The notes beneath the pieces were generated by a model, which was not told the DNA's origin, did not search any database, and saw nothing but the letters and a program-made list of their open reading frames with translations. This document shows, piece by piece, positions 49,657 through 59,111 of a stretch of 64,000 bases of DNA. A program made the translations under genes and the position numbers. Numbering within the stretch: the first letter of the stretch is position 1; the number at the start of each line of letters is the position of its first letter. The stretch lies in assembly GCA_963827805.1 (NCBI GenBank), contig CAWHCC010000007.1, positions 553,664 through 617,663 on the forward strand, read 5' to 3'. The DNA comes from an uncultured Chloroflexia bacterium (GTDB taxonomy: Bacteria > Chloroflexota > Anaerolineae > Anaerolineales > UBA11858).

Positions 49657-50025
49657 TTAGAACATGCTCGTTTGTGTTGGTTTAGTTGGTGCTTCGGTTG
49701 TGTCCCATTCGGAAAGCAGCAAGCCCCGCTGCAATCCGAAACCGCGGTCAAGTTCAAAGCCTTCGCGCCAAATCTTGGCGATTGTGGCGCGGTGAATGCG
49801 GCCGTCATCCTTATTTGTGATGACTACCCAACGCGCGCCGGCCTTCTCTGCATCCTTCAGGGATTTCACATCAATGCAGATTGCCGGTGGCTCGCGAAGG
49901 TATCCGGATTTTCTGATTGATTTTCGAAATTCATCACCAACGACAATGCCAACGGGACGTTTTTTCCCCCATGCATAAATTGAAATTTTAGACGGTGGTT
50001 TTTGATGTATACTTGTACTGTACAT
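49657..50025 (-). CDS. hypothetical protein
   Basis: 122 aa ORF in the co-oriented gene array. Confidence 0.5.
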   Translation of the reverse strand: MYSTSIHQKPPSKISIYAWGKKRPVGIVVGDEFRKSIRKSGYLREPPAICIDVKSLKDAEKAGARWVVITNKDDGRIHRATIAKIWREGFELDRGFGLQRGLLLSEWDTTEAPTKPTQTSMF

Positions 50026-50084
50026 GACAACTCCTGTTTGTCGTGTTCGCCGCTCTAGCCCACCCTTCCCGGTGGGCTTTGCAG

Positions 50085-50270
50085 TTAAATGGTTGGCTGC
50101 CCTTCCTGGGCATGTTGCTTGTTCTGTTTGAATTGCAATAAGCCACGATTTTCAAGCTCTTTGCGGATGATAAAGCGTGCTTGGTCACGAAAATCCCGCA
50201 CTTCAAACTGAGCAAGACTTTGAAGTGCCTGCCGTTCTTCTGTGGTGAGTTTGACCGTCATTCTTTCCAT
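50085..50270 (-). CDS. ribbon-helix-helix (Arc/CopG-like) DNA-binding protein
   Basis: 61 aa. N-terminal beta-strand MTVKLT followed by two helices (TEERQALQSLAQ...ARFIIRKELENRG). Confidence 0.45.
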   Translation of the reverse strand: MERMTVKLTTEERQALQSLAQFEVRDFRDQARFIIRKELENRGLLQFKQNKQHAQEGQPTI

Positions 50271-50283
50271 GCTTTATCTCCAT

Positions 50284-50320
50284 AAAAAAAACTACACTCA
50301 ACTGATTGCTGAGTGTAGTT
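50284..50320 (-). terminator. intrinsic terminator (minus strand)
   Basis: AACTACACTCA / TGAGTGTAGTT stem followed on the minus strand by U8. Confidence 0.65.
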
Positions 50321-50372
50321 TATCGAATATGTTAGTGACTAAAAAGTGACTAAAAATATTGTCCGAATATTG

Positions 50373-51317
50373 TCATTTTTGCCAATCTGGGTTATCAATT
50401 CTCTTAAATTGACGTACTGGGTCAATCAAATGTCTTTCCTTAACCCCATCACGTGAAAGCCATTCATTATAAACTTCAGTGGGTTCTCGCCCTTCGTCGT
50501 AAATTTGTTTCCACGCCCAAATATCATCTGGCAAATGTGGTCTTCCTGGTTTTTTGATTTTTCGTTTCGATGTTTTTTTAGGAGGGAATTCTTCTGATTG
50601 TTCTCTGTCGTTTAGCTCCTCAAGTTCGTGTATTTGACCAGTGAGTTTTTCCATGGTGGCAATAATCATTCTGGAAGAAAGCCAAAGGTCAAACATATTA
50701 TCGATGAGTTCAAACTCAGGGTTATTTTCATTATAAAAATTTTCAATATCCTCTTCAGTTGGCTTCCCATCTAAATTTTCGTAATAAAGTCTGAGCGCTC
50801 TGGGTGACATTTGTTTTTCAATGGAAGACCTCAATTTTCTTACTTCGTTTAGTTGTTTTTCTTCATTATCTCTTCTTAATCTTAATTCATTCAACCGCTC
50901 AAGAATATTATCATTTTCAGTCTTCAGAATTTCTTTTGGTGATTTCTCTACTACCATTGATTTTGAATCGTCTTCTTTAGACAAAAATAAATCACCGCAG
51001 TTATTTTTAATTTCTAAGAGAATATTGTTAGCCATTTTACGAGACAAAAAACTAAACATGAATAGTTTTGACTGATTTTGTCCGTATGGGTATATCTCGA
51101 ATCGTAAATATTCAAAGTCAGGGTCTTCTTCCAGACATCTATATCCCACATAGTAAACACCAAGTTGTTCTTCAATACCATTTGGAAATAAATTGATAGT
51201 AACTTTTTTTTCAGGAGTGCTCGAATAAGTTTCATACGGCCAATCAAATGAAATTATTTTTCCAAGTATGGTTGCAACTGCACCTGGTGGCATATTTAAT
51301 ACAATTGCTTTTTCCAT
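50373..51317 (-). CDS. hypothetical protein with a central coiled coil and a basic C-terminal region
   Basis: Internal ATG at 51317 (MEKAIVLNM...). The N-terminal 46 aa of the tracked ORF overlap a hairpin and look non-coding. Confidence 0.5.
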   Translation of the reverse strand: MEKAIVLNMPPGAVATILGKIISFDWPYETYSSTPEKKVTINLFPNGIEEQLGVYYVGYRCLEEDPDFEYLRFEIYPYGQNQSKLFMFSFLSRKMANNILLEIKNNCGDLFLSKEDDSKSMVVEKSPKEILKTENDNILERLNELRLRRDNEEKQLNEVRKLRSSIEKQMSPRALRLYYENLDGKPTEEDIENFYNENNPEFELIDNMFDLWLSSRMIIATMEKLTGQIHELEELNDREQSEEFPPKKTSKRKIKKPGRPHLPDDIWAWKQIYDEGREPTEVYNEWLSRDGVKERHLIDPVRQFKRIDNPDWQK

Positions 51318-51567
51318 AGTCTTGCCTATGCTATAATGCAAATAACCATACTCGTTTCCCACGATTTGGTTCTTGCCCCTGGCTTCTGTCAGGGGCGTTA
51401 TTTTTTCCAGTCTAAACAGAGATATTATAGCACCCCAACCACACCCCAAACGCATCCCTGCCCCGCTCCGCTATCATCAGTAATTCACCAATCACACCCC
51501 GCCCCCCGGAATTTATCAGCCGTTTGCAATCTCATTACCTAATTGGGTGTGTTGATTTCTTTACGTT

Positions 51568-51587
51568 ATTTGCTACACTATTTGTGG
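51568..51587 (+). repeat. 20-bp direct repeat, copy 1, in the leader of a small TM ORF
   Basis: ATTTGCTACACTATTTGTGG. The same sequence occurs at 51783-51802. Confidence 0.8.
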
Positions 51588-51597
51588 AGGTGGTGAT

Positions 51598-51720
51598 ATG
51601 AAAAAATGGTGTCTGCGCCCACCAATTATTGTGTTTTTGATAATCATAATAATTTTATCTTTGCTTTATTTCGGTTTTAGTCTGTGGTTGTATTCGATTC
51701 CCAATGTATATGGAGGTTAG
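51598..51720 (+). CDS. small hydrophobic peptide (40 aa)
   Basis: GGAGG Shine-Dalgarno 7 nt upstream. One TM helix (PPIIVFLIIIIILSLLYFGF). Below the ORF-track length cutoff. Confidence 0.4.
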   Translation: MKKWCLRPPIIVFLIIIIILSLLYFGFSLWLYSIPNVYGG

Positions 51721-51782
51721 CTACGGGTTTAAATGCCCCAAAAAATTTGAACACTTACTTTCCCATTTGATTTTTGTACCTA

Positions 51783-51802
51783 ATTTGCTACACTATTTGT
51801 GG
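51783..51802 (+). repeat. 20-bp direct repeat, copy 2
   Basis: ATTTGCTACACTATTTGTGG, identical to 51568-51587. Confidence 0.8.
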
Positions 51803-51812
51803 TTGTAATGAG

Positions 51813-52022
51813 ATGTATTACCCTTTTCCTAAACTTTCTGAAATCGCTAATGAGATAAAAAGGGTTTTTCCCTTGCTATTTCATCCAAGCGCGTGGTTTG
51901 GTTGGCGAAAAATTTTAATAATATTTATTCGATTAACTGGTATTTTATGTAGTGTTTTTTGTAGTCTTATTTGCATTTTCCAAGTCGTAGTATTTTTCTT
52001 GATGGCTGTAGAAACGTTTTAA
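51813..52022 (+). CDS. small membrane protein (69 aa)
   Basis: Internal ATG of tracked ORF 51774-52022. Two hydrophobic segments. Confidence 0.4.
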   Translation: MYYPFPKLSEIANEIKRVFPLLFHPSAWFGWRKILIIFIRLTGILCSVFCSLICIFQVVVFFLMAVETF

Positions 52023-52029
52023 GTTGTAA

Positions 52030-52969
52030 CTAAAGATTCGCATTATCGACCGGCCCCGCGTGCCGGTGGGCTTGTTCAGTATCCTGGGTGGTCTGTGCCA
52101 GATAGCGCCGTAATACTTGTAAATCTGCATGTCCCATCAGCCTTTGAAGGTTGAAAATATCCATGCCTGCCCGTAAACATTCCAGCGCAAAGAAACGCCG
52201 GAATGAATGCAGGGAGGGGGTATCAACGCCGGCTTTATCCGCTCTCCTGCGAATGATTTGACGCAGCCCCCAATAGGTCAAGCGCTCCCCGTTTATCGTT
52301 ACCCACAATGCAGGGCAAGTATCATTCCTGTGCCTGAGATAGGCCCTGACAGCCCTACGAACTCTTTTTCCCAAGAAATACGGTCCGGGGCTTCTTACCT
52401 TTACCTTGTCTGATTAGAATCGCTCCTGTAAGGTCCAGGTCAATTAAGCTCATTCCAACCAGCTCCCCCGCTCTTGCGCCGGTATCCATCAGGGCTAACA
52501 AAATCGCCCTGTCACGAGTGCCTGTTAAGGTATCCCTTTCACAGGTTTTGAGCATGGCTTTGATATTGTCGAAATTTGCTGGCTCTAATGGCTCAACTCC
52601 AACTTTGGGCGCTTTCACTTTCCGAATGGGATTTTTCCAGCCTTCTGGCTCGATTTCATCTTCCCACCAATTAAGGAATGTGCGGACTGTCCGATAATGT
52701 GCGTGAATCCCACCGGGGTTGTGCCCATTCTCAGCCAGTATCATTAGAAATTTTCGCAAAGTGTTGGGGTCTATTTGGCTAATTTGGGTAATAGCTTGTG
52801 ACTCACAGAAGTCCGCAAAATGGCTCAATTTTAGGCGATAAAAACCGATGGTTCCCTGCGCTAAACCCTGGGCTTTGCGGTCAATTAGAAACGCTTCCAG
52901 CCAGGTTAGTAGGTGTGAATCCTGTGAAAAATTGGTGATAGTCCGTTGGTCTATTGTTTTGGTAGTCAT
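52030..52969 (-). pseudogene. tyrosine recombinase / phage-type integrase with a +1 frameshift
   Basis: N-terminal SAM-like domain plus catalytic TGARAGEL in ORF 52355-52969. HSFRRFFA..LMGHADLQVLRRYL is in ORF 52030-52374. Removing one T of the T5 run at 52365-69 gives ...KPRTVFLGKRVRRAVRAYL... Confidence 0.8.
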
Positions 52970-53044
52970 TTTTATCGTCTCCTATTCAACGATTTGTGAC
53001 CACCATATACGGGATTTTCCATGCAGTTACCCCCTGTATATACG

Positions 53045-53153
53045 GATAAAAAGACCCGCTAATCATCAACGGGTCTTCCTGTGGCGAGGGAGGGACTTGA
53101 ACCCTCAACCTACGGCTTATGAGTTCGGTGCTCTGCCATTGAGCTACCTCGCC
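53045..53153. repeat. 109-bp direct repeat, copy 2 (att site)
   Basis: Identical to 40391-40499. Confidence 0.9.
53082..53153 (-). tRNA. tRNA with CAU anticodon, promoter-proximal (probably expressed) copy
   Basis: Same 72-nt sequence as 40428-40499. A sigma70-type promoter lies about 35 nt upstream. Confidence 0.6.
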
Positions 53154-53186
53154 TGGTTACTCTCCAGTCAGTTGGGAGCGGCGGTA

Positions 53187-53215
53187 ATGTTACTATGCTC
53201 TCTTTTTTTTGTCAA
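53187..53215 (-). promoter_or_regulatory. promoter of the chromosomal tRNA copy
   Basis: Minus strand: TTGACA (53215-10), 17-nt spacer, TAACAT (53192-87). Confidence 0.45.
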
Positions 53216-53526
53216 CAAAAGTGTGTTTGAGAAAATATTTTTTGTCACGTTTTGGTTTAAAGAAAATATTGAATCAAAACGTGGGTGCGGTTCATTTTTT
53301 TGAAGAGAGGTAAGATAAGGGCGGGAAGGAGGCTTCTTTATTATGACTTATTGCCCAATCCCAAAACGTGATTTTCTTGACTTTGGTACCTGTTTTGTGC
53401 TATCCTTCTGTGAGTTTGGACACCTGGTAAGAATTTCAGAAATGGTGTGTGAAGCAGGGAAGAAAACTCACATCGTTTGAAATTCCGAACCCAGGAAAAA
53501 TAATCTTTTACAAACAATGGACTGAT

Positions 53527-54400
53527 ATGATTTAAAAGAGAAAGAATAGCTGAAAATGTTTTTGCGTTTCAAAGTGATATATATGCAGAGGTGATGGCAG
53601 GGGTCGTCGTTGGTCCGGATTGGGCGGTGGCGATTGATACCCTGGCTTTTCCTGAAGAAACTTTAGCAATTCGGGATTTCATAGAACAAGAACTCAAAGT
53701 CCCGGTTCGTTATGTGATCAATACCCATTATCACGCAGACCACAGTTGGGGAACCTGTTTTTTCCCAGGCGCGTTAGTGATCTCTCATAAATTGTGCCGG
53801 GATCATCTTGAAACAAAAAGCATCCCTGCGTTAAAGCAAGCCAGCGGCCAGAACCCGTCTTTGCGCCAGTCGCAAATAATCCTGCCACATCTAACCTTTA
53901 GTGAGGGAACGTTGAGCCTCAGCGTAGGGAAAAAGAATTTAACATTATTACCTTTACCAGGTCATACGGATGATGGAATAGGCGTCTTCATTGCGGAAGA
54001 TCGAGTGTTATTCTCAGGTGATCTTTTCATGCCTATACCGTATATTGTCGATGGTGACATTGATCAAATGATCAACTCGTTTGAACAAGTTGGCAAAATG
54101 AGTTTGGAAAATATCGTTCAAGGCCACGGTGACGTGGTATTGCGGGGTGAAATCGAAATTGCGATTGAAGATCATCTACAATACCTCTCCACCATACGGA
54201 AACACGTCCGCCGTTCCTCCCGACGCAAATATCCTCGAGATTTATTAGAAACTTTAGATGTTGAATCCTGTGGAAAAAGTCGAGTAATCTTAGGTGGTTT
54301 GGCCGAAGAACTCCATCAACGAAATATGGTAAGCCTTTATATGCAGCTTTATGGTGAAGAGCCAGCAGCCTCTGAAATCGATGACGATGAGTTCTACTAA
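53527..54400 (+). pseudogene. MBL-fold metallo-hydrolase with a +1 frameshift right after the start codon
   Basis: HYHADHSWG (HxHxDH). The family N-terminus (KRERIAENVFAFQSDIYAEV...) is open upstream of the tracked start but has no ATG in frame. The ATG at 53527 becomes in-frame if one T of 53531-33 is removed. Confidence 0.7.
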
Positions 54401-54420
54401 ACCTAGCATTCCTTGAATTT

Positions 54421-54461
54421 AAAAAGCACCTCCACTGAACTTTCAGTGGAGGTGCTTTTTT
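54421..54461 (+). terminator. intrinsic terminator of the MBL gene
   Basis: 13-bp stem (GCACCTCCACTGA / TCAGTGGAGGTGC) followed by T6. Confidence 0.75.
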
Positions 54462-54470
54462 CTTTTAGGG

Positions 54471-55478
54471 CCTTATGCTAGTTACAAAATGAAGGGAAAT
54501 CCTCCAGAGTAAAATTGGGGTGTTCAGCAAAACAAACCCAAATCACACTGGAGGATACCCCAATGATAAACGACTTTGATGACTTTTGTACATGGATGTA
54601 TGTGATCATAGATGATCTCTGGTGAGGAATTTCACCACTTTTCAAGCGACCTGGGCCGCAACCGGACTGCAGTGACAGCGAACTACTCACTTTGGCAATT
54701 GTTGGCGAGTGTCGCGGCTGGGATGTCGAGACAGAAATGTTAAGTTACTGGCAAGAACATCGAGATATGTTTCCACAAATTCCTTCGCAAAGTCGCTTCA
54801 ATCGGCGGCGGCGCAATTTGATGTTGGCATTCAACCTGGTTCGCCGCAGCGTGCTATCGATGCTGGACCTAGCCCAAGAAACACAGGGCGTGATTGACAG
54901 TTTACCCATTCCAGTGGTGCAGTTCTATCTGGTGCCTGGGTCCACCGGAGACTGGAAAGCGCATGGAGCGACCTATGGGAAAGTGCCTTCCAGGAATGAA
55001 ACCATTTTTGGCTTCAAATTGCATCTCTTGATTACAGTGGGCGGTCTCATCCTGGATTTCGAACTGGCACCCGCCAATGCAAGCGACTTAGCAGTTGGTG
55101 TTGAGATGCTTGATGAGCACACCGACTTAGCTATTCTGGGCGACAAAGGCTACATCTCTGCTGAACAAGCAGCCCTGCTGTGGCGCAAGAACCGTTTGTG
55201 CTTGAGAACCATCCCGCGACGCAATCAGAAAAAGCAGCTGTCTGCTTACTGGAAGAAGGCCCACAATGCCCTCCGCCAGATTATTGAGACCGTCAATGGG
55301 CAGCTCTCGGAGCAATTCAACATCGAGCATAACCATGCCCACACTTTTTGGGGATTGTGTACTCGGCTTTACACCAAGCTGACCGCTCATACCCTTTGCA
55401 TTTACCTCAATCGTTTATTGGGTAAGCCAGATTTCTTGCAGATCAAGGCTCTGGCTTTCCCGAACTAGCATAAGACCC
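54471..55478 (+). mobile_element. IS982-family insertion sequence (about 1 kb)
   Basis: Terminal inverted repeats (CCTTATGCTAGTT at the left end, AACTAGCATAAG(ACCC) at the right). TTTTAGGG is repeated directly on both flanks (54463-70 and 55479-86). Single transposase ORF. Confidence 0.75.
54563..55468 (+). pseudogene. IS982-family DDE transposase with an in-frame TGA
   Basis: The ATG at 54563 encodes MINDFDDFCTWMYVIIDDLW. An in-frame TGA follows at 54623-25, then GISPLFKRPGPQPDCSDSELLTLAIVGE... Motifs: DSLPIPV, FGFKLHLL, LGDKGY. Confidence 0.7.
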
Positions 55479-55489
55479 TTTTAGGGTAA

Positions 55490-56173
55490 TTATTCAATAT
55501 TAGATGACTTTGCTGCTGGTTTGTTCTCTCGTTTTGCCCTTAATCCGATAAGGCGTTCAGTTCCATTTAATAACCGTTTGATATTTGGTCGTAGTGACCA
55601 TGCGAGCAAAATCTCGGCTAAGATACCGTAAACAACAAACTCCCAAGGTAATTTACCCATCGAAGCGAGTACAACAAATACAATTGTTGTAATTATTGGA
55701 GCACTCAGGGTGGCGACTGAAGCATACCCGATAAAGTACAAGATAAATCCAGCAATCGGTAAAATGAAAAAGATTACCGGTGGCCAAAGTGCAAATGCTC
55801 CTCCGGCACTGGGTGCCCCACCAGCCCCACCATGGAACTGCAATCTGCCATTATCATTCCGCGCAATCAAAAAAATTGAATAATTATGTCCTAAAATGGC
55901 CATAATTGGGGCAAGAACTTGGATCCAAATGATGTCCGGTATAAACCATCGTGCCAGCCAAACGGCGAAAGCGGCTTTAAGAAAATCCAACACAGCAGTA
56001 GCAATACCGGCCCATAATCCGGCAGCCCGCATTGCATTTGTTCCTCCAGTCCGGCCACTTTGAATTTTTCGAACATCTTGTCCTGTTCGTAACCTCACTA
56101 TGATCATCCCAAAAGGGACAGACCCAATAAGATAAGAAATAACCAAGATTATTATCCCGATTCCAATTTGCAT
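55490..56173 (-). CDS. plsY: glycerol-3-phosphate acyltransferase PlsY
   Basis: N-terminal LIGSVPFG, SGRTGGTN (a variant of GSGNxGATN) and ILGHNYSIF. Polytopic. Confidence 0.7.
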   Translation of the reverse strand: MQIGIGIIILVISYLIGSVPFGMIIVRLRTGQDVRKIQSGRTGGTNAMRAAGLWAGIATAVLDFLKAAFAVWLARWFIPDIIWIQVLAPIMAILGHNYSIFLIARNDNGRLQFHGGAGGAPSAGGAFALWPPVIFFILPIAGFILYFIGYASVATLSAPIITTIVFVVLASMGKLPWEFVVYGILAEILLAWSLRPNIKRLLNGTERLIGLRAKRENKPAAKSSNIE

Positions 56174-56463
56174 ATATTTGTAGCCTCCCGATGTCGAAAT
56201 AATTTTTTGATGTTTTCACAAAGCAATGAGGGTTTTTCGGTTTGTTTTTAACATTATAAAGGGTTGTATTACAACAAAACCCGGATGGAAGCCAGAAGTT
56301 TTTTATCTCTGAGTTTTCAGCTAATCACATTTGAAGCTCTCATGATTGAGCCACTCAGAATTGAGCCACTTTCCGACTTCCGGTTAATAGAACACATATT
56401 GCAAAGGTGAGTTACACAAAAACCAACTGTTTGCGAGTTATGCAGTTTTACCGTTATCGAATG

Positions 56464-57312
56464 TTATCTAAATAATAAGGCCAATAGCCAAAATAAGAAA
56501 AGAACTCCAATGGGTTCTATTAGAACATCTTTCCAAGAGGTACGCTCATCCAAATTTCTAAATAAGTTGATTAATCCGTAAGCAAGACCTAATAAACCTA
56601 ACCCAAAAGCGAGAGGTGAGACCGGAAGATAATAGGCCGCAGATGTGATTTGAGCCATGATCAGAGTGATAATTCCGCTTGTTCGCCAAGACCATTCTCC
56701 AGGTAGGTGCAGTCGAAATGTGCGTAAGCTGATCAGGGCCACAGCTAAGGAAAGTGCAGGTACTAAAAGAAATAAGCGGAGTTCAATTACTTTGAGCGTT
56801 ACGGATAATAAGAAAAATAAGGCATAGGCCACAGTTGTTAAACTGATTGAAGCTAAAGTGTAATTTGTGTCGTTAGGATCAACCACGGCAAATTCGGCCA
56901 TTAAAACTAAGATCAAAGCCCCCCCGCCAAGAAAAATCCCGACCCACCAATAAAGCCCCAACGTTTGTTGAATTAATGGCACCCCAATAACCCAGGCCGT
57001 TAAAGCTGGGATAAGTAAATGTTGGAATAGCGGTTGGCTGGGGTTGGAAGGGTGAGATCGCAGTAACCAGTCAGTGCCCGAAGCAGTAAGCCCTACCACA
57101 AATGCCAAAATAATCGTTTGTGTGTTGATTTGGATTTCAAAATAGAAACCCGGTAGTTGAGCTGAAAATTCGCGGCCTGGAATATTAATAAAGCCAGCAA
57201 ATGTGTACGCCAAAAGAATCGAAGCAGATAAAACACTAATGCGGTCCAAGTTTTGAGGAAAACGAAGTGTGGGCACGCTATAAATTTTACCCTTTCTTCT
57301 GAGCATCTGCAA
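56464..57312 (-). CDS. hypothetical polytopic membrane protein
   Basis: 282 aa with about 8 hydrophobic helices. Confidence 0.6.
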   Translation of the reverse strand: MQMLRRKGKIYSVPTLRFPQNLDRISVLSASILLAYTFAGFINIPGREFSAQLPGFYFEIQINTQTIILAFVVGLTASGTDWLLRSHPSNPSQPLFQHLLIPALTAWVIGVPLIQQTLGLYWWVGIFLGGGALILVLMAEFAVVDPNDTNYTLASISLTTVAYALFFLLSVTLKVIELRLFLLVPALSLAVALISLRTFRLHLPGEWSWRTSGIITLIMAQITSAAYYLPVSPLAFGLGLLGLAYGLINLFRNLDERTSWKDVLIEPIGVLFLFWLLALLFR

Positions 57313-57545
57313 CGCAAAATCTTATTGTGAAGAATCTCCCCGCCAAAATTTTGGTTACGAGAATGCCCTTTCACAAATGAGTTAATCAAGATGAAATTAC
57401 GAATCTTCAAAGTTCCCTTCCAACTTCATCTCTCAATACGACAATTCTATTTTACAGAAATTCAATCTTTGTGCTAGACTATAACCAATCAATCATATTT
57501 TCAGCAGATCACTCAAGAACTGGTTAAATGAGAAGGGACATAATA

Positions 57546-58746
57546 ATGCGGATTGGAATGTTGGCCGATGCTTACAAACCATATATCAGCGGGGTCACAA
57601 ATGTAATTGATCTTAGCAAACGGTTTCTGGAATCCCGGGGTCATGAAGTCTTCGTGTTTACTTTTGGAGATGATACGGTTGAAGATGATGAAATCAACGT
57701 TATCCGATCACCAGGTTTACATCTAGTTGATAGCGGTTTCTATGTCAACGTGAGATATAACCGTGCAACTCGCAATATTCTCCGCACAATGGATATTGTC
57801 AATGTCCATCACCCGTTTGTGAGTGGTCGATTAGCGCTTTGGTATTGTAAACCAAGGGGTATCCCGATTGTTTTTACAAACCACACGCGCTGATGATTTG
57901 TACGCCAAAGCCTATATTCCATTCTTGCCTGCTGGAGTAGGTGAAACTTTCTTGAAGACCTATTTCCCAGGGTTTTGCGACTCTGTGGATATGGTTGTGG
58001 CTCCATCTATTGGATTAAAAAAGGTTTTACAACGAGTTGGCGTGACCGCAGAAATTGAGGTCGTACCAAATGGCGTGGATTTTTCTCCTTTTCGGGGCGA
58101 TATCCAACCGATTGATCGAGCCGAATTTGGATTTCGGGAAGATGATGTGATTTTGATCTATGCGGGTCGACTTGGTCCCGAAAAGAATCTCCCTTTCTTG
58201 TTGCGAGCATTCAACGGTGCAGCTCAGGCCTATGAAAATATGTGTCTCTTAATTATAGGCGACGGTCCCGAGCGCGAAAACTTGCAAGACCGAGTCAGCC
58301 ATATGCCCATAACAGATCGAGTTCATTTTACAGGATTTGTCGACTATCAAAAAATCCCTAATTATTTAGCTGCGGCTGATATCTTCACAACTGCATCAGT
58401 AACCGAAGTTCATCCTCTATCTGTGATTGAAGCAATGGGAGCTGGATTGCCGGTATTGGGGATTGAATCACCTGGCGTCGCGGATACCGTCAATGATGGA
58501 GAAGATGGTTTTATCGTTCCCGAAGAAGACCTGGCAGCTTTCACTGCCAAAATGGTACGATTAGCCACAGAAGCTGATCTTCGCAAGAAGATGAGCATCC
58601 GGGCCAGGAAAACATCAGAATTATATGATTACCGACGAACAAACCAGCTTATGTTTGAGTTGTATCAGCGTGTAATTAATAACACGAAAGGCCAACGGAA
58701 GAGCATTAGGACCCGTTGGATTTGGTTTTGGGATCAGTTGCGCTGA
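57546..58746 (+). pseudogene. GT4-family glycosyltransferase with a +1 frameshift
   Basis: ORF 57528-57893 ends at IVFTNHTR-stop and ORF 57868-58746 continues with (A)DDLYAKAYIP. The extra base is within 57886-57893. C-terminal motif EVHPLSVIEAMGAGLPV. Confidence 0.75.
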
Positions 58747-59111
58747 TGGTTTCGACTCGACAGGAGCTAGGCCGCTGGGGAGAATCCCTGGCCGCAGATT
58801 TCCTCGCACAAAAAGGATATACCATCATAGCCCTCAACAGGCGTACATCGCATGGCGAAATTGATCTGATCGCTAAACAGCGTGACACCCTGATTTTTGT
58901 AGAAGTTAAAACCCGTTCAACCGATGTGTATGGGCTTCCGGAGGCCTCGGTTACAGCAAGCAAACGTTCCCACCTGATCGCTTCTGCACAAGCCTATCTT
59001 CAAGAACACCCTGATCCAAATGTCGAGTGGCGCATCGATGTTGTCGTCATCCGAAAACTAAAGTCCAGCAACCAACCCGAAATCATCCATTTTGAGAATG
59101 CCATTACCTGA
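58746..59111 (+). CDS. yraN: YraN-family (UPF0102) endonuclease-like protein
   Basis: GESLAADFLAQKGYTIIALNRRTSHGEIDLIA..LIFVEVKTR. The ATG at 58746 overlaps the GT4 stop. Confidence 0.75.
   Translation: MVSTRQELGRWGESLAADFLAQKGYTIIALNRRTSHGEIDLIAKQRDTLIFVEVKTRSTDVYGLPEASVTASKRSHLIASAQAYLQEHPDPNVEWRIDVVVIRKLKSSNQPEIIHFENAIT

Larger units (their letters stand above)
40391..53153 (-). mobile_element. integrated genetic element (about 12.5 kb plus flanking 109-bp repeats) inserted at a tRNA(CAU) gene; satellite / integrative-element-like
   Basis: Perfect 109-bp direct repeats. A tyrosine integrase lies next to the right repeat. It carries a primase-polymerase, an RHH protein and small ORFs, nearly all on the minus strand. 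By eye it is more AT-rich than the flanks. I recognise no capsid, terminase or tail genes. Confidence 0.8.

Noticed and set aside
51375-51406. Plus-strand terminator-like hairpin (GCCCCTG..CAGGGGC followed by GTTATTTTTT) just upstream of the minus-strand gene start at 51317.
   Set aside because: There is no plus-strand gene or promoter upstream that it could terminate. It could end an antisense RNA or be part of the minus-strand 5' region, but the sequence alone gives no way to decide.
52355-52374. Programmed ribosomal frameshifting in the integrase, in the IS transposase and at the other split genes.
   Set aside because: No slippery heptamer with a downstream structure is present. The same kind of single-base defect hits unrelated genes (wtpA, pullulanase, kinase, GT4, MBL), and the IS982 transposase defect is a stop rather than a shift.
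11702-54625. Stop-codon reassignment (TGA to Trp, TAA/TAG to Gln) or selenocysteine as the explanation for the in-frame stops.
   Set aside because: All three stop codons occur in-frame, and all three also terminate well-conserved full-length genes in this window (for example aor, glnA, moxR, tupC and miaA). A code with no stop codons is impossible. I saw no SECIS-like context, and the TGA sites fall at Trp or Arg-like positions, not Cys/Sec sites.
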